Shown here: piece by piece, positions 1 to 7,838 of the stretch | How the letters are laid out: each line of letters starts with the position of its first letter | Position numbering within the stretch: position 1 is the stretch's first letter | Source: Dehalococcoidia bacterium | Lineage (GTDB): Bacteria; Chloroflexota; Dehalococcoidia; Lucifugimonadales; JAGWBF01 | Assembly (NCBI GenBank): GCA_965219725.1 | Contig: CBDCOF010000002.1 | Coordinates: forward strand, 1,905,433-1,937,432 | Direction: 5' to 3' | Length of the DNA: 32,000 bases | Program-made: the position numbers and the translations under genes | The notes under the pieces: model-generated | The model's input: the letters and a program-made list of their open reading frames with translations, nothing else | What the model was told of the DNA's origin: nothing | Database searches by the model: none

Positions 1-386
1 TCGGCTCCCGCATACCCACCCTGGGTGTGTGCCTGGGCCACCAGTGCATCGGCGACGCCTACGGCGGCATCGTAAGCGGGGCAGGGGAGATTATGCACGG
101 AAAGACCTCCCTCATCCACCATGACGGCAAGGGAGTCTTCCAGGGGCTTCCCAGTCCCTTTGAGGCCATCCGCTACCATTCCCTGGCCGTCTATCGCCGG
201 GAGCTTCCCGACTGCCTAGAGGTAACTGCGTGGACGGACAGCGGCCTGATAATGGGCCTCCGCCACAAAGAGTACCCCGTTGAGGGAGTGCAGTTCCACC
301 CCGAGTCTATTATGACCACCGAGGGGAAGCGCCTGCTGAAGAATTGGCTGGACAGGGTGGACGCTGGGCTGTCCGATGCCGGCTAG
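1..386 (+). CDS. trpG: Anthranilate synthase component II / class-I glutamine amidotransferase (5' end outside window)
   Basis: Frame 3 is open from the window edge ([14 protein letters not shown] precedes the listed Met). Shows the GVCLGHQ nucleophile-Cys motif and the GVQFHPES His/Glu motif. trpD and trpC lie downstream. Confidence 0.9.
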   Translation, partial: GSRIPTLGVCLGHQCIGDAYGGIVSGAGEIMHGKTSLIHHDGKGVFQGLPSPFEAIRYHSLAVYRRELPDCLEVTAWTDSGLIMGLRHKEYPVEGVQFHPESIMTTEGKRLLKNWLDRVDAGLSDAG

Positions 387-412
387 ATGGTGGTACGCCC
401 TGTATATGCCCT

Positions 413-453
413 CAATTTCCCGTTCTGATGGACTTTCATAGGGCGGGAAATTG
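413..453 (+). other. Stem-loop 27 nt after the trpG stop (10-bp perfect stem CAATTTCCCG / CGGGAAATTG, 21-nt loop)
   Basis: Inverted repeat read directly from the sequence. No clear U-tract follows, so a terminator role is uncertain. Confidence 0.25.
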
Positions 454-510
454 CGTTAGTATGGGCAATAATCGGAGGCTAACGTGAATAACTAAGGTGG
501 AGGTGGGAGA

Positions 511-921
511 ATGGTTACCGCGGCTTCCAGGAGAGTCCTAGAGTTCACCCAACATAGTTATCTGGCTATCCTCGCTACCGTCTATCCCAGCGGAGGCCCC
601 CAGGCTTTCCCGGTCTGGTATGAGTACGACGGCGAGTCCTTCCTCATCAGCACGGATTCCGGCGCTGCCAAGCTGCGCAACATCCGTCGGAACCCTAAGG
701 TAGCCCTGTGCATCACTGACACCACCCGCCAGGTCAAGTCCCTGACTGTCATAGGCCATGCCCAGGTGGTGATGGACAATGACCAGGCCCAGGAGCTACA
801 CCGCAGGCTGTCCCTCCGCTACCTGGGGTCCGAGGAAGGCACCGAGTGGGCCGACTCCATGGCCGATGAGGAAATGGCCCTCATCCGCATTACCCCCGAC
901 AAGTACCTGTGGACGGGCTAG
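511..921 (+). CDS. Pyridoxamine 5'-phosphate oxidase (PPOX) family / F420-dependent-type small flavoprotein
   Basis: 136 aa. Pattern LATV-P-GGPQAFPVWYEYDGESFLIST-SGAAKLRNIRRNPKVALCI is typical of the split-barrel PPOX family. Strong SD (GGTGGAGGTGGGAGA) precedes the ATG. Confidence 0.85.
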   Translation: MVTAASRRVLEFTQHSYLAILATVYPSGGPQAFPVWYEYDGESFLISTDSGAAKLRNIRRNPKVALCITDTTRQVKSLTVIGHAQVVMDNDQAQELHRRLSLRYLGSEEGTEWADSMADEEMALIRITPDKYLWTG

Positions 922-962
922 TCTGCGTTGACCTTTGACATGCAGACACTTCCAAGGCTCCC

Positions 963-1288
963 TGTAATTATTATGAAAATAGATGCCCCCCGTCATTCCG
1001 GCGCAGGCCGGAATCCAGGGGTGGGGCGGTGGACTCCCGCTTTCGCGGGAGTGACGGTAGGGAGGCCGACCGTCATTTTCATCCCCTTACGTAGCCCGCA
1101 AGGGACATGGGGAATTATTATGAAAATAGCGAGCGCCAGGTTCCCCCACCACACCCTGAAGGGTGCGGCATCCCCCACCCACCGTCATTCCCGCCCTTTA
1201 TTCTGTCATTCCCGCGAAAGCGGGAATCCAGGGTTCCGCAGCTTCGGAGCCGATGCGAAGTCACCCACACCCCGCCCCTGAATCCAGG
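963..1288. repeat. Cluster of family-1 nested-palindrome repeats, inverted relative to the 17.2-18.0 kb array
   Basis: Contains GTCATTCCGGC-GCAG-GCCGGAATCCAGGGG, GGACTCCCGC-TTTC-GCGGGAGTGAC, GTCATTCCCGC-GAAA-GCGGGAATCCAGGG and ATTATTATGAAAATAG modules. 965-1058 is close to the reverse complement of 17911-18003. Confidence 0.85.
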
Positions 1289-1312
1289 ACTCTGTTATGA
1301 GGGAAGTTCCCT

Positions 1313-2329
1313 ATGATTAGAGATGCGATTGAAGCCCTGGTCTCCGGCGATTCATTGGGGATGGAAGATGCCGCCGCCGTCATGCGTGAAGTCATGGAAG
1401 GGGAGGCGACTCCTGCCCAGCTTGGGTCATTCCTCACTGCCCTTCGTCTAAAGGGAGAGACCCCTGAGGAGATGGCCGGTATGGCCATGGTCATGCGGGA
1501 AAAGGCTCTGCGCGTCCACGTTGACGGCCTGCTGGTTGATACCGCAGGCACCGGCGGCGATGGCATGGGGAGCTTCAACGTCTCCACGGCTGCGGCCTTC
1601 GTGGCGGCGGCATCGGGCCTCATGGTAGCCAAGCACGGCAACCGGGCCGCTTCCGGCTCCTGTGGCAGCGCGGATGTCCTGGAGGCCCTGGGGGTGAAGA
1701 TAGACCTGGGGCCGGAAGGGGTGAAGCGGTGCATCGAGGAGGTAGGCATAGGCTTCATGTTTGCGCCTACCTTTCATCCGGCAATGCGCTATGCTGCTCC
1801 GGTGCGGAGGGAAATAGGCATCCGCACGGTGTTCAACACCCTGGGACCATTGACCAATCCGGCGGGCGCCCAGCGCCAGGTCCTTGGCGTCGCAGACCCC
1901 GGCCTGGGTGACAAGATGGCAGAGGTGCTCAAGCTCCTGGGTTCCCAGCGCTCCCTGGTGGTGCACGGGGAGGACGGCCTGGACGAGCTTACCCTGGGGG
2001 CGGATACGAGGGTATGGGAAGTCCATAGCGGCATAATCCACTCTTACGTCGTCTCCCCCGGTGAACTGGGCCTGGACATGGTGTCGGCGGACCGGATAAA
2101 GGGAGGCGGCCCGGAGGAGAACGCTCAAATCATGCTGGAGTTGTTCCGGGGCGATAGCGGCCCGGTTAGGGACGTGGTGCTCCTGAATAGCGCCGCAGTT
2201 ATGATTGCAGGCGGGAAGTCTGAAGACCTGAAAGAGGGGATGAGAATTGCGCAAGAGGCCATTGACGGCGGAGGGGCGCTTCAGAAAGTGGAGGGGCTGG
2301 TGGAGTTGAGCCGGCGTTTGGGGGAGTAA
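1313..2329 (+). CDS. trpD: Anthranilate phosphoribosyltransferase
   Basis: 338 aa with the GTGGDG motif, NVSTAAAFVAAA-G--VAKHGNRA-S---GSADVLEALG and a glycosyl-transferase family 3 layout. SD GAGGGAAG lies upstream. Confidence 0.95.
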   Translation: MIRDAIEALVSGDSLGMEDAAAVMREVMEGEATPAQLGSFLTALRLKGETPEEMAGMAMVMREKALRVHVDGLLVDTAGTGGDGMGSFNVSTAAAFVAAASGLMVAKHGNRAASGSCGSADVLEALGVKIDLGPEGVKRCIEEVGIGFMFAPTFHPAMRYAAPVRREIGIRTVFNTLGPLTNPAGAQRQVLGVADPGLGDKMAEVLKLLGSQRSLVVHGEDGLDELTLGADTRVWEVHSGIIHSYVVSPGELGLDMVSADRIKGGGPEENAQIMLELFRGDSGPVRDVVLLNSAAVMIAGGKSEDLKEGMRIAQEAIDGGGALQKVEGLVELSRRLGE

Positions 2330-2344
2330 TCTGCGGAGGCTATT

Positions 2345-2611
2345 ATGACGACAGCGAAGATAGACAGCGAGCGGGCCAAGGCATGGCTTGATGAATTCTG
2401 GAAGGGCAATAGGGAGTGTCCCGTTTGTGGAAATACCGGATGGGGCGTTGTCCCCGAGCTTATGGAGTTGCGGGAGTATCGGGGAGGGACTCTATCATTG
2501 GCAGGTCCAATAGTGCCCTTGTTTGTCGTAGCATGTGTGACTTGTGGACATACTATGTTGTTCAATGCAGTTGTAGCGGGCCTCGTCGAAAAACAGGAAG
2601 ATCAGGAGTGA
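2345..2611 (+). CDS. Hypothetical small Zn-ribbon protein (CPVCG ... CVTCGH)
   Basis: 88 aa with two CxxC pairs about 40 residues apart. GGAGG sits 5 nt upstream of the ATG. GC is visibly lower than in flanking trpD/trpC. No family recognised. Confidence 0.6.
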   Translation: MTTAKIDSERAKAWLDEFWKGNRECPVCGNTGWGVVPELMELREYRGGTLSLAGPIVPLFVVACVTCGHTMLFNAVVAGLVEKQEDQE

Positions 2612-2614
2612 GCG

Positions 2615-3019
2615 ATGGCTGGTCAGTCCCAGGAACCAATAGGTACACGGCTCGAAAGGTATCTTCGGATAATGTCCCCACTGGAGCAAGTAGCCATACC
2701 CATCCCTCTGGAAGAATGGGATAGGCTGATTAACAGAATAAACTCCTGTAAGGTATCTCTCCAGCCGTGGTCAACAGCCTGCTCTATCGCCCTTGGCATA
2801 GGAGTGACTTCTGGCCTGTCAATTGCCCCAATAGCCGTCTCCAATCTTCCCTGGTGGGTGTTGACGATTTATATAGTGCTTTGCGCCCTTGGCCTGGGAA
2901 CGGGAGTTATTCTTTTCATTGCGGGGAAGACGTTAGCGCGCACCCAGCAGTCTCAGATTGACCTTGTCACCTCTGAGATGGAACGTACCAGGGAGTCCTT
3001 CGGTTTACCTAACGGCTGA
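2615..3019 (+). CDS. Hypothetical 2-TM membrane protein
   Basis: 134 aa. Soluble N-terminus, then two hydrophobic helices (ACSIALGIGVTSGLSIAPIAV and WWVLTIYIVLCALGLGTGVILFIAG), then a charged C-terminal helix. The start is 3 nt after the upstream stop, with AGGAG inside the upstream gene, suggesting translational coupling. Confidence 0.6.
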   Translation: MAGQSQEPIGTRLERYLRIMSPLEQVAIPIPLEEWDRLINRINSCKVSLQPWSTACSIALGIGVTSGLSIAPIAVSNLPWWVLTIYIVLCALGLGTGVILFIAGKTLARTQQSQIDLVTSEMERTRESFGLPNG

Positions 3020-3077
3020 TTGTGTGATACCTAGACCTGATGGCATTGTCAAAAGAGAGGAGGTCAAGTTACTGTAA

Positions 3078-3863
3078 ATGCAGAGAACAATACTCGACGA
3101 TATAGTTGCAGCCAAAAGCCGGGAGTTGGAGGCCCAGAAGTGGGATATGCCCCTGGAAGTCCTGGAGGAGCGTATCGAGGGGCAGTCCCCTCCCATCAGT
3201 TTCTCCCGCGCTCTGGTTGGGGAGAAGGTCCGCCTGATAGCCGAGGTGAAGAAAGCGTCGCCTTCCAGGGGCCTCCTTGCCCCCAATTTCGATCCGGTCC
3301 GTTTGGCCACCACCTACGCACAGAACGGCGCCGCAGCCATATCGGTGCTTACGGACCCCCGGTTCCAGGGGACCCTTGAGCACCTGGCATCGGTCAAGCA
3401 GGCCGTCCTGCCGGTTGGCGCTCCTGCATTGCGCAAGGACTTCCTCTTCGACCCCTACCAGGTGTATGAAGCCAGGGCTTGCGGCGCTGATGCGGTCCTG
3501 CTGATAGTATCCATCCTCACCCCTCAGAAGTTGGCGGACTTTCTCCGCCTCAGCAGCGAGTTGGGGATGGAATGTCTGGTGGAGGTGCATACCCCGGAGG
3601 AGCTTCAGGCAGCCCTGGACGCCGGCGCGGAGATTATCGGCATCAACAACCGGGACCTGCGCACCTTTCACACCGACCTTGCCGTGACCAGAGAACTGGC
3701 CCAACTTGTGCCCAAGGGCAAGGTGATAGTAAGCGAGAGCGGCATCAGCACCGAGGAGGATATGCGAGACCTCAAAGACCTGGGCGTAAACGCCGCCCTG
3801 GTGGGTGAAGCCCTGGTGACAGCCCCCGACGTGGGCGCGAAGGTAAGGGAACTGGCCGGCTAG
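3078..3863 (+). CDS. trpC: Indole-3-glycerol phosphate synthase
   Basis: 261 aa with IAEVKKASPSRG, ISVLTD--FQG, LRKDF--D-YQ--EAR--GADA-LLI and INNRDL-TF motifs. Confidence 0.95.
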   Translation: MQRTILDDIVAAKSRELEAQKWDMPLEVLEERIEGQSPPISFSRALVGEKVRLIAEVKKASPSRGLLAPNFDPVRLATTYAQNGAAAISVLTDPRFQGTLEHLASVKQAVLPVGAPALRKDFLFDPYQVYEARACGADAVLLIVSILTPQKLADFLRLSSELGMECLVEVHTPEELQAALDAGAEIIGINNRDLRTFHTDLAVTRELAQLVPKGKVIVSESGISTEEDMRDLKDLGVNAALVGEALVTAPDVGAKVRELAG

Positions 3864-3866
3864 GAT

Positions 3867-4271
3867 ATGCCACCGGGGCCAGCCGGGAAGGGCCAGGAAG
3901 GGAATATTGGCATGAATGAAGGCGTGATAGGCATTACGATATGGACCGAGGACCTGGATAGGCTGGTAGAGTTCTATAGCGACACCCTGGGAATGAGCCT
4001 GCGTGACCGCAAGAGCGACTGGGCCAACTTCGAGTGGGGCGAACTGCGCCTGAACCTGGGCGTCCACCACCAAGTCCAAGGTAGGGCCAGAGACCCCTAC
4101 AGGATGATGATTAGCTTCGGAATCACCGATATACATGACGAGTGCCGCCGGCTCGAGGGCCTGGGGGTGGAGTTCATAAGGCAGCCGGAGCAGGAGCATT
4201 GGGGCGGCTGGGTGGCAACCTTCCTGGACCCCGACGGGAATATATTGCAGTTCCTGGAGAGGCCCAAGTAG
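3867..4271 (+). CDS. VOC (glyoxalase/bleomycin-resistance fold) family protein
   Basis: 134 aa with the C-terminal pattern FLDPDGNILQF. An alternative start at ATG 3912 (MNEGVIG, preceded by GGAAGGG) is at least as plausible as 3867. Confidence 0.8.
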   Translation: MPPGPAGKGQEGNIGMNEGVIGITIWTEDLDRLVEFYSDTLGMSLRDRKSDWANFEWGELRLNLGVHHQVQGRARDPYRMMISFGITDIHDECRRLEGLGVEFIRQPEQEHWGGWVATFLDPDGNILQFLERPK

Positions 4272-4277
4272 CCCACT

Positions 4278-6008
4278 CTATAGGCCCTGTAGTCCCTCCC
4301 CCGGAAAATCCACTGTCCCGTCCACGTACAGGATATGCAGGGTGGCGACGGCGCTTAGCTCCAGTTGAGCGCCCTGCACCTCGTCCTGGATGTCCAGGTT
4401 GCTGCGCAGTTTGGCCAGCAGTCCGGCAACCGGCATTTGCCCGTCTATGAGGTGTACCAGCCAGGCCACCAGGCTGCTGCATGGCGTTCCCTCGGGCTGG
4501 CCGGGGGTGGCGAGGACGTATCCCCACACAAACTCACCCTCTCCCACCACCGGCTTCCGATGGACCTGCACCCCCTCCGCAAGCCTGGGCACCGCGTGAT
4601 AGACCGGGTTCCTGGTTATATCCGAGTGGGTGCGGGCGGCTGCCAGACGCTCCCGGCGGCCTGCCCGCCCTTCTTCCACCATGTGGACACTGCTCACGAA
4701 TTGGTGCGGGGCCTCGCCTTGCTCAAGTACCACCCGCTCGTATCCCCTGGGGGGCTGGCCGGCTACGGCCTGGATGAAGGCGTGCCTGGGGGAGAGGCTT
4801 TCTTCATCGCCCAAAAGGCGCCGGGCTTCCCAGAAGTAGGAATCAACTGTGCGGTTGCTGGAGTAAAACAGCTTTGCCATTTCGCGAAAATGGTTGTATT
4901 CCTTGTAGTATAGCTCCTTGTAGACCTGTCCTGCCGCCTCTTTCATGCCGGGGTCCTTCAGCGCTGTGGTCACGTAGGCGGCAGCGAGGACCCCCGACAT
5001 GAGGGCTAGATGCACCCCCGAGGAGAAGAGAGGGTCTACGAAACATGCCGCGTCACCCACCAGGATATAGCCGTCTCCCACCACCCGCTCGGAGACGTAG
5101 GACCAGTCCCGGACGATGGATGGGCCGGAGACCAACTTTGCGTCCTTCAACATCCAGGCAGTGTGGGGCGCTTGGGCAATCTGGTCCATGAGGAAGCCCT
5201 CGGCACCCCTGCTGCTGATGCCCTCCTGCCCTGTGGGGCTGTCCACAACGGCCCCCACGCTTGCCCAACCCGTATGCAGGGGTATGTTCCAGAGCCAGCC
5301 GTGTTGGTAGGCTTCGATGAAGATGTTGGTCTCGGCGGGTCCGGGCAGCCTCTGAGACCCGGCAAAGTAGGCGTAAACGGCCAGGTTCTGGAAGAAGGGG
5401 TCCCACTGGCGCAGTTGAAGCCTCCGCCCAAGCAGGCCCACCTGTCCGGTGGCATCCACGATGAACCGGGCGCGGGCGACGCCCTCCCCAGTCCTGTCCC
5501 CGGCCCCGGAATCGTCCCCCAGCCTGTCATAGGCGTAGCGGACACCCACTGCCCTGTCATCCTCGAACAGGACCTCCAAGGCCCGGTGCCCCTCTCGCAC
5601 ATCCACTCCGGCGGCCCGGCTGTTCTCCAGGAGAAGCTGGTCGAACCGGGGCCGCCAGACCTGGTAGGAGTGGGGGTTTCCCTGGTTGGTCTCCTTGAAG
5701 TACCAACTCCATGGTTCCCTCTCCCTGCCCCACACCATAGTGGCCCCCCATTTGGGCAGGAACCCCGCTTCCTGGATGGCGGGCAGCGCCCCAAGCTCAT
5801 CCAGCACTGGGATGCTGGCGGGGAGCAGAGACTCGCCCACGTGGTCCCGGGGGAAATGCTCCCTTTCCAGCAGAAGCACCTTCCAGCCCTTCCGCGCCAG
5901 CATTGTGGCGGTGGTGGTGCCTCCCGGCCCGCCGCCAACGACTATCACATCAGAGAGCACGTCGGCGTCAAGGCCGGCTTTGTCCATTGATGACGAAGGC
6001 GATGACAT
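4278..6008 (-). CDS. Flavin-dependent halogenase family protein (Trp_halogenase-type) with a long C-terminal extension
   Basis: 576 aa. Shows an N-terminal GGGPGG dinucleotide fold, the halogenase-signature WxWxIP motif (GWLWNIPL) and FVDPLFSSGVHLA (FxxPxxSxG). About 150 extra C-terminal residues have a PqqD-like pattern (VPRLAEGV ... LVHLIDGQMPVAGLLAKL). The ATG is 3 nt after the upstream ORF's stop. Confidence 0.85.
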   Translation of the reverse strand: MSSPSSSMDKAGLDADVLSDVIVVGGGPGGTTTATMLARKGWKVLLLEREHFPRDHVGESLLPASIPVLDELGALPAIQEAGFLPKWGATMVWGREREPWSWYFKETNQGNPHSYQVWRPRFDQLLLENSRAAGVDVREGHRALEVLFEDDRAVGVRYAYDRLGDDSGAGDRTGEGVARARFIVDATGQVGLLGRRLQLRQWDPFFQNLAVYAYFAGSQRLPGPAETNIFIEAYQHGWLWNIPLHTGWASVGAVVDSPTGQEGISSRGAEGFLMDQIAQAPHTAWMLKDAKLVSGPSIVRDWSYVSERVVGDGYILVGDAACFVDPLFSSGVHLALMSGVLAAAYVTTALKDPGMKEAAGQVYKELYYKEYNHFREMAKLFYSSNRTVDSYFWEARRLLGDEESLSPRHAFIQAVAGQPPRGYERVVLEQGEAPHQFVSSVHMVEEGRAGRRERLAAARTHSDITRNPVYHAVPRLAEGVQVHRKPVVGEGEFVWGYVLATPGQPEGTPCSSLVAWLVHLIDGQMPVAGLLAKLRSNLDIQDEVQGAQLELSAVATLHILYVDGTVDFPGEGLQGL

Positions 6009-6011
6009 AGA

Positions 6012-6338
6012 CTATTCCCTTATCTCCAGCAGTCTCATCTGCGCCAGGCGACGGATGCTCACCATCACCTGCTCGGCGTCGGCGTTGTCCTCGGTCACGC
6101 AGGCCGAGACCAGGGCCTCCAATGGGTATTCGAGGCCGGGGTCTTCCTCCAGCCGCCGCCAGAGCTTGCTTTCACACACGCTTAGCGCCGTGGAACGGAA
6201 GGTCTGCATATCCATCAGTACAATCCGTTCCCCGGCGCTGCGGCTATAAACATGCTGTGGAATGACAGCGCGTAACATCTCCGCCATCGTTCCCGTTTCT
6301 ATCGAGACCTTTGCATAACTCTCTATGCGGGCCAACAT
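6012..6338 (-). CDS. Small hypothetical protein, possible PqqD-like peptide-binding (RRE-type) domain
   Basis: 108 aa. Its stop is 3 nt from the halogenase ATG, and the halogenase SD (AAGGGA) lies in its 3' end. Pattern GERIVLMD-QT ... KLWRRL ... LEALV ... VMVSIRRLAQMRLLEI resembles PqqD topology. The start is uncertain (M1 at 6338 or M18 at 6287). Confidence 0.5.
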   Translation of the reverse strand: MLARIESYAKVSIETGTMAEMLRAVIPQHVYSRSAGERIVLMDMQTFRSTALSVCESKLWRRLEEDPGLEYPLEALVSACVTEDNADAEQVMVSIRRLAQMRLLEIRE

Positions 6339-6371
6339 CGTGGAGGGGGTACATCCCTTTCCCAGCGGGAA

Positions 6372-6419
6372 ACCCCACCCCTGGATTCCGGCCTACGCCG
6401 GAATGACGGTTACGCAAAG
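6372..6419. repeat. Family-1 repeat, single half-element
   Basis: CCCCTGGATTCCGGC-CTAC-GCCGGAATGACGGTTACGCAAAG is nearly identical to 10327-10373. Confidence 0.8.
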
Positions 6420-6453
6420 GTCTCCTTCTATTCCTTGCTCGGCAAGCCTGGGC

Positions 6454-7698
6454 CTAGCCGGGTGTCGCAACCTGTTCGATGGGTTTGTTGGTTGCGGGGT
6501 CAACCTCGAAGGAGCTGGGCAACTCCAGTTCCTTGGCTATCTCACGCACGGCGGGGATGACCTCTTGGCCAAAGAGCCGGATGCTGCGCATGGAGTCTTC
6601 ATGGGTCATGGCGCCATCGCCGTCCCAGAAGAAGATACTGCCGGGCCGTACCTGCTCCAATACGTGCCTTATCTTGGGGATGACTGTATCCGGTGTACCG
6701 GTGATGATGCTATAGCTGTTTATTTGCTCGTCGTAGGAGCGGCTGAATGCCCCTCCACGGCCTACGGGGGCCGATCTCAGGGTGGGCAGCGTCCTGGTGC
6801 GGGATGTCAGGCCGGGCAGGGTCGAAACTGCTTGATTCTGGATGCCCTCGTTGCCTGCCAGGAAGGGGTTGCTGGGGCCTTGGAGGTACTTGTGGGCGGT
6901 CTCCTGCGCCAACTCCTCCGTCTCGTCCACGTGGACCCTCCAGAGATACCCCAGGTTCTGGGGGCCAGCCTCGTAACCCATCTCGGCGGCCTCGTCCCTA
7001 TATATCTGGAACGCCTCCTTTGTGGGTTCTATATCCGTTGCCAGCATGATGTAGGGAATCCGGTTCCTGGCAGCCCACATCAGGGAGTCCCGGCTGATGA
7101 CGCCCGGCAGCCAGATGGGAGGATGGGGTTTCTGGTAGGGCCTCACCCAGGGGTTCACGTAGCGGTACTGGTAGTGTTTGCCTTCCCATCGGAAGGGGCC
7201 GGGGTCCGTCCACGCCTTCACGACAAAGTCGTGGGCCTCCTGGAACCGCTCCCAGTTGTAGGGCGGGGGGATGTTGTGGGCAACGCTCTCCCGGCCCGTG
7301 CCCCGGACCCAGCCGGAGACCAGCCTGCCGTGAGAGATCATGTCAATCATGGCAAGCTGCTCCACCAGCCACAGGGGGTCGTCCCACAGGGGCAAGATGT
7401 TGCCCAAGAGGACGATTTTGGACTTCTTCGTGATGCGGGCCAGGACTGACGCCTCCACATTCATGGCGCCCCCCATGCAGAAGGGGGTGCTGTGGTGCTC
7501 GTTGAGCATCATGGCGTCAAAGCCCACTTCTTCCACGTAGATTTTCTCATCCAGGTAGCGGTTATATAGCTCTGCGCCCACTTGGGCGTCGTAGGTGTCG
7601 TTGCTGATGTTCAGGTCCTGGATGGGCCTTCCGGTTGACCCGAAGTACCCGGACTTGGGGTCCTGGTAAGGCCGCTCTGTGAAGTATCCTATAAGCAT
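6454..7698 (-). CDS. Luciferase-like monooxygenase (LLM class flavin/F420-dependent oxidoreductase), paralog 1
   Basis: 414 aa with the LNEHH motif and a TIM-barrel LLM pattern (GRL--G---G). GGAGG lies 5 nt upstream of the ATG. Confidence 0.9.
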   Translation of the reverse strand: MLIGYFTERPYQDPKSGYFGSTGRPIQDLNISNDTYDAQVGAELYNRYLDEKIYVEEVGFDAMMLNEHHSTPFCMGGAMNVEASVLARITKKSKIVLLGNILPLWDDPLWLVEQLAMIDMISHGRLVSGWVRGTGRESVAHNIPPPYNWERFQEAHDFVVKAWTDPGPFRWEGKHYQYRYVNPWVRPYQKPHPPIWLPGVISRDSLMWAARNRIPYIMLATDIEPTKEAFQIYRDEAAEMGYEAGPQNLGYLWRVHVDETEELAQETAHKYLQGPSNPFLAGNEGIQNQAVSTLPGLTSRTRTLPTLRSAPVGRGGAFSRSYDEQINSYSIITGTPDTVIPKIRHVLEQVRPGSIFFWDGDGAMTHEDSMRSIRLFGQEVIPAVREIAKELELPSSFEVDPATNKPIEQVATPG

Positions 7699-7757
7699 TG
7701 CCGCCTCCTGATAACATTTTCAGGTATGGGGCTACTGTTGGACTTGATTGGATTGAG

Positions 7758-7824
7758 AGGAGGGTTTCCCGGAAGGAAACTCTCCTATTGATAAGCCGCC
7801 AAGCGGTCTCGCCTGGCGGCTTAT
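7758..7824 (-). other. Two adjacent stable stem-loops between the LLM paralogs
   Basis: 7758-7786 has 12-bp arms with one mismatch (AGGAGGGTTTCC / GGAAACTCTCCT) and a 5-nt loop. 7791-7824 has 11-bp perfect arms (ATAAGCCGCCA / TGGCGGCTTAT) and a 12-nt loop. No U-tract follows on the minus strand. Confidence 0.4.
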
Positions 7825-7838
7825 TCCGTCATGGTGTC

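Noticed and set aside
928-1316. Track ORFs lying inside repeat blocks: 928-1281, 993-1178 and 1107-1316. The same applies to 14288-14719, 17173-17442, 17201-17467, 17247-17648, 17363-17623, 17434-17919 and 17890-18087.
   Set aside because: They are translations of the palindromic repeats. The same pseudo-peptides (SFRRRPESRG, IPAFAGMT, HSRESGNPG) appear on both strands and in several frames, and the ORFs lack SD sequences.
3069-4199. Long antisense or overlapping ORFs opposite confidently identified genes: 3069-4199(-), 1448-2254(-), 5010-5990(+), 5147-5938(-), 6325-7449(+), 7698-8414(+), 8526-9047(+), 15650-16807(-), 23599-24480(-), 24883-26004(-) and 19981-20481(-).
   Set aside because: These are shadow ORFs typical of high-GC DNA. 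They have low-complexity Arg/Pro/Gly-rich translations, no recognisable motifs and no SD. Each overlaps a gene with strong family signatures.
4278-6008. The halogenase as a tryptophan halogenase functionally tied to the adjacent trp genes
   Set aside because: It converges on the trp block from the opposite strand, with stops 6 bp apart. It belongs to the minus-strand operon, and adjacency alone gives no substrate evidence.
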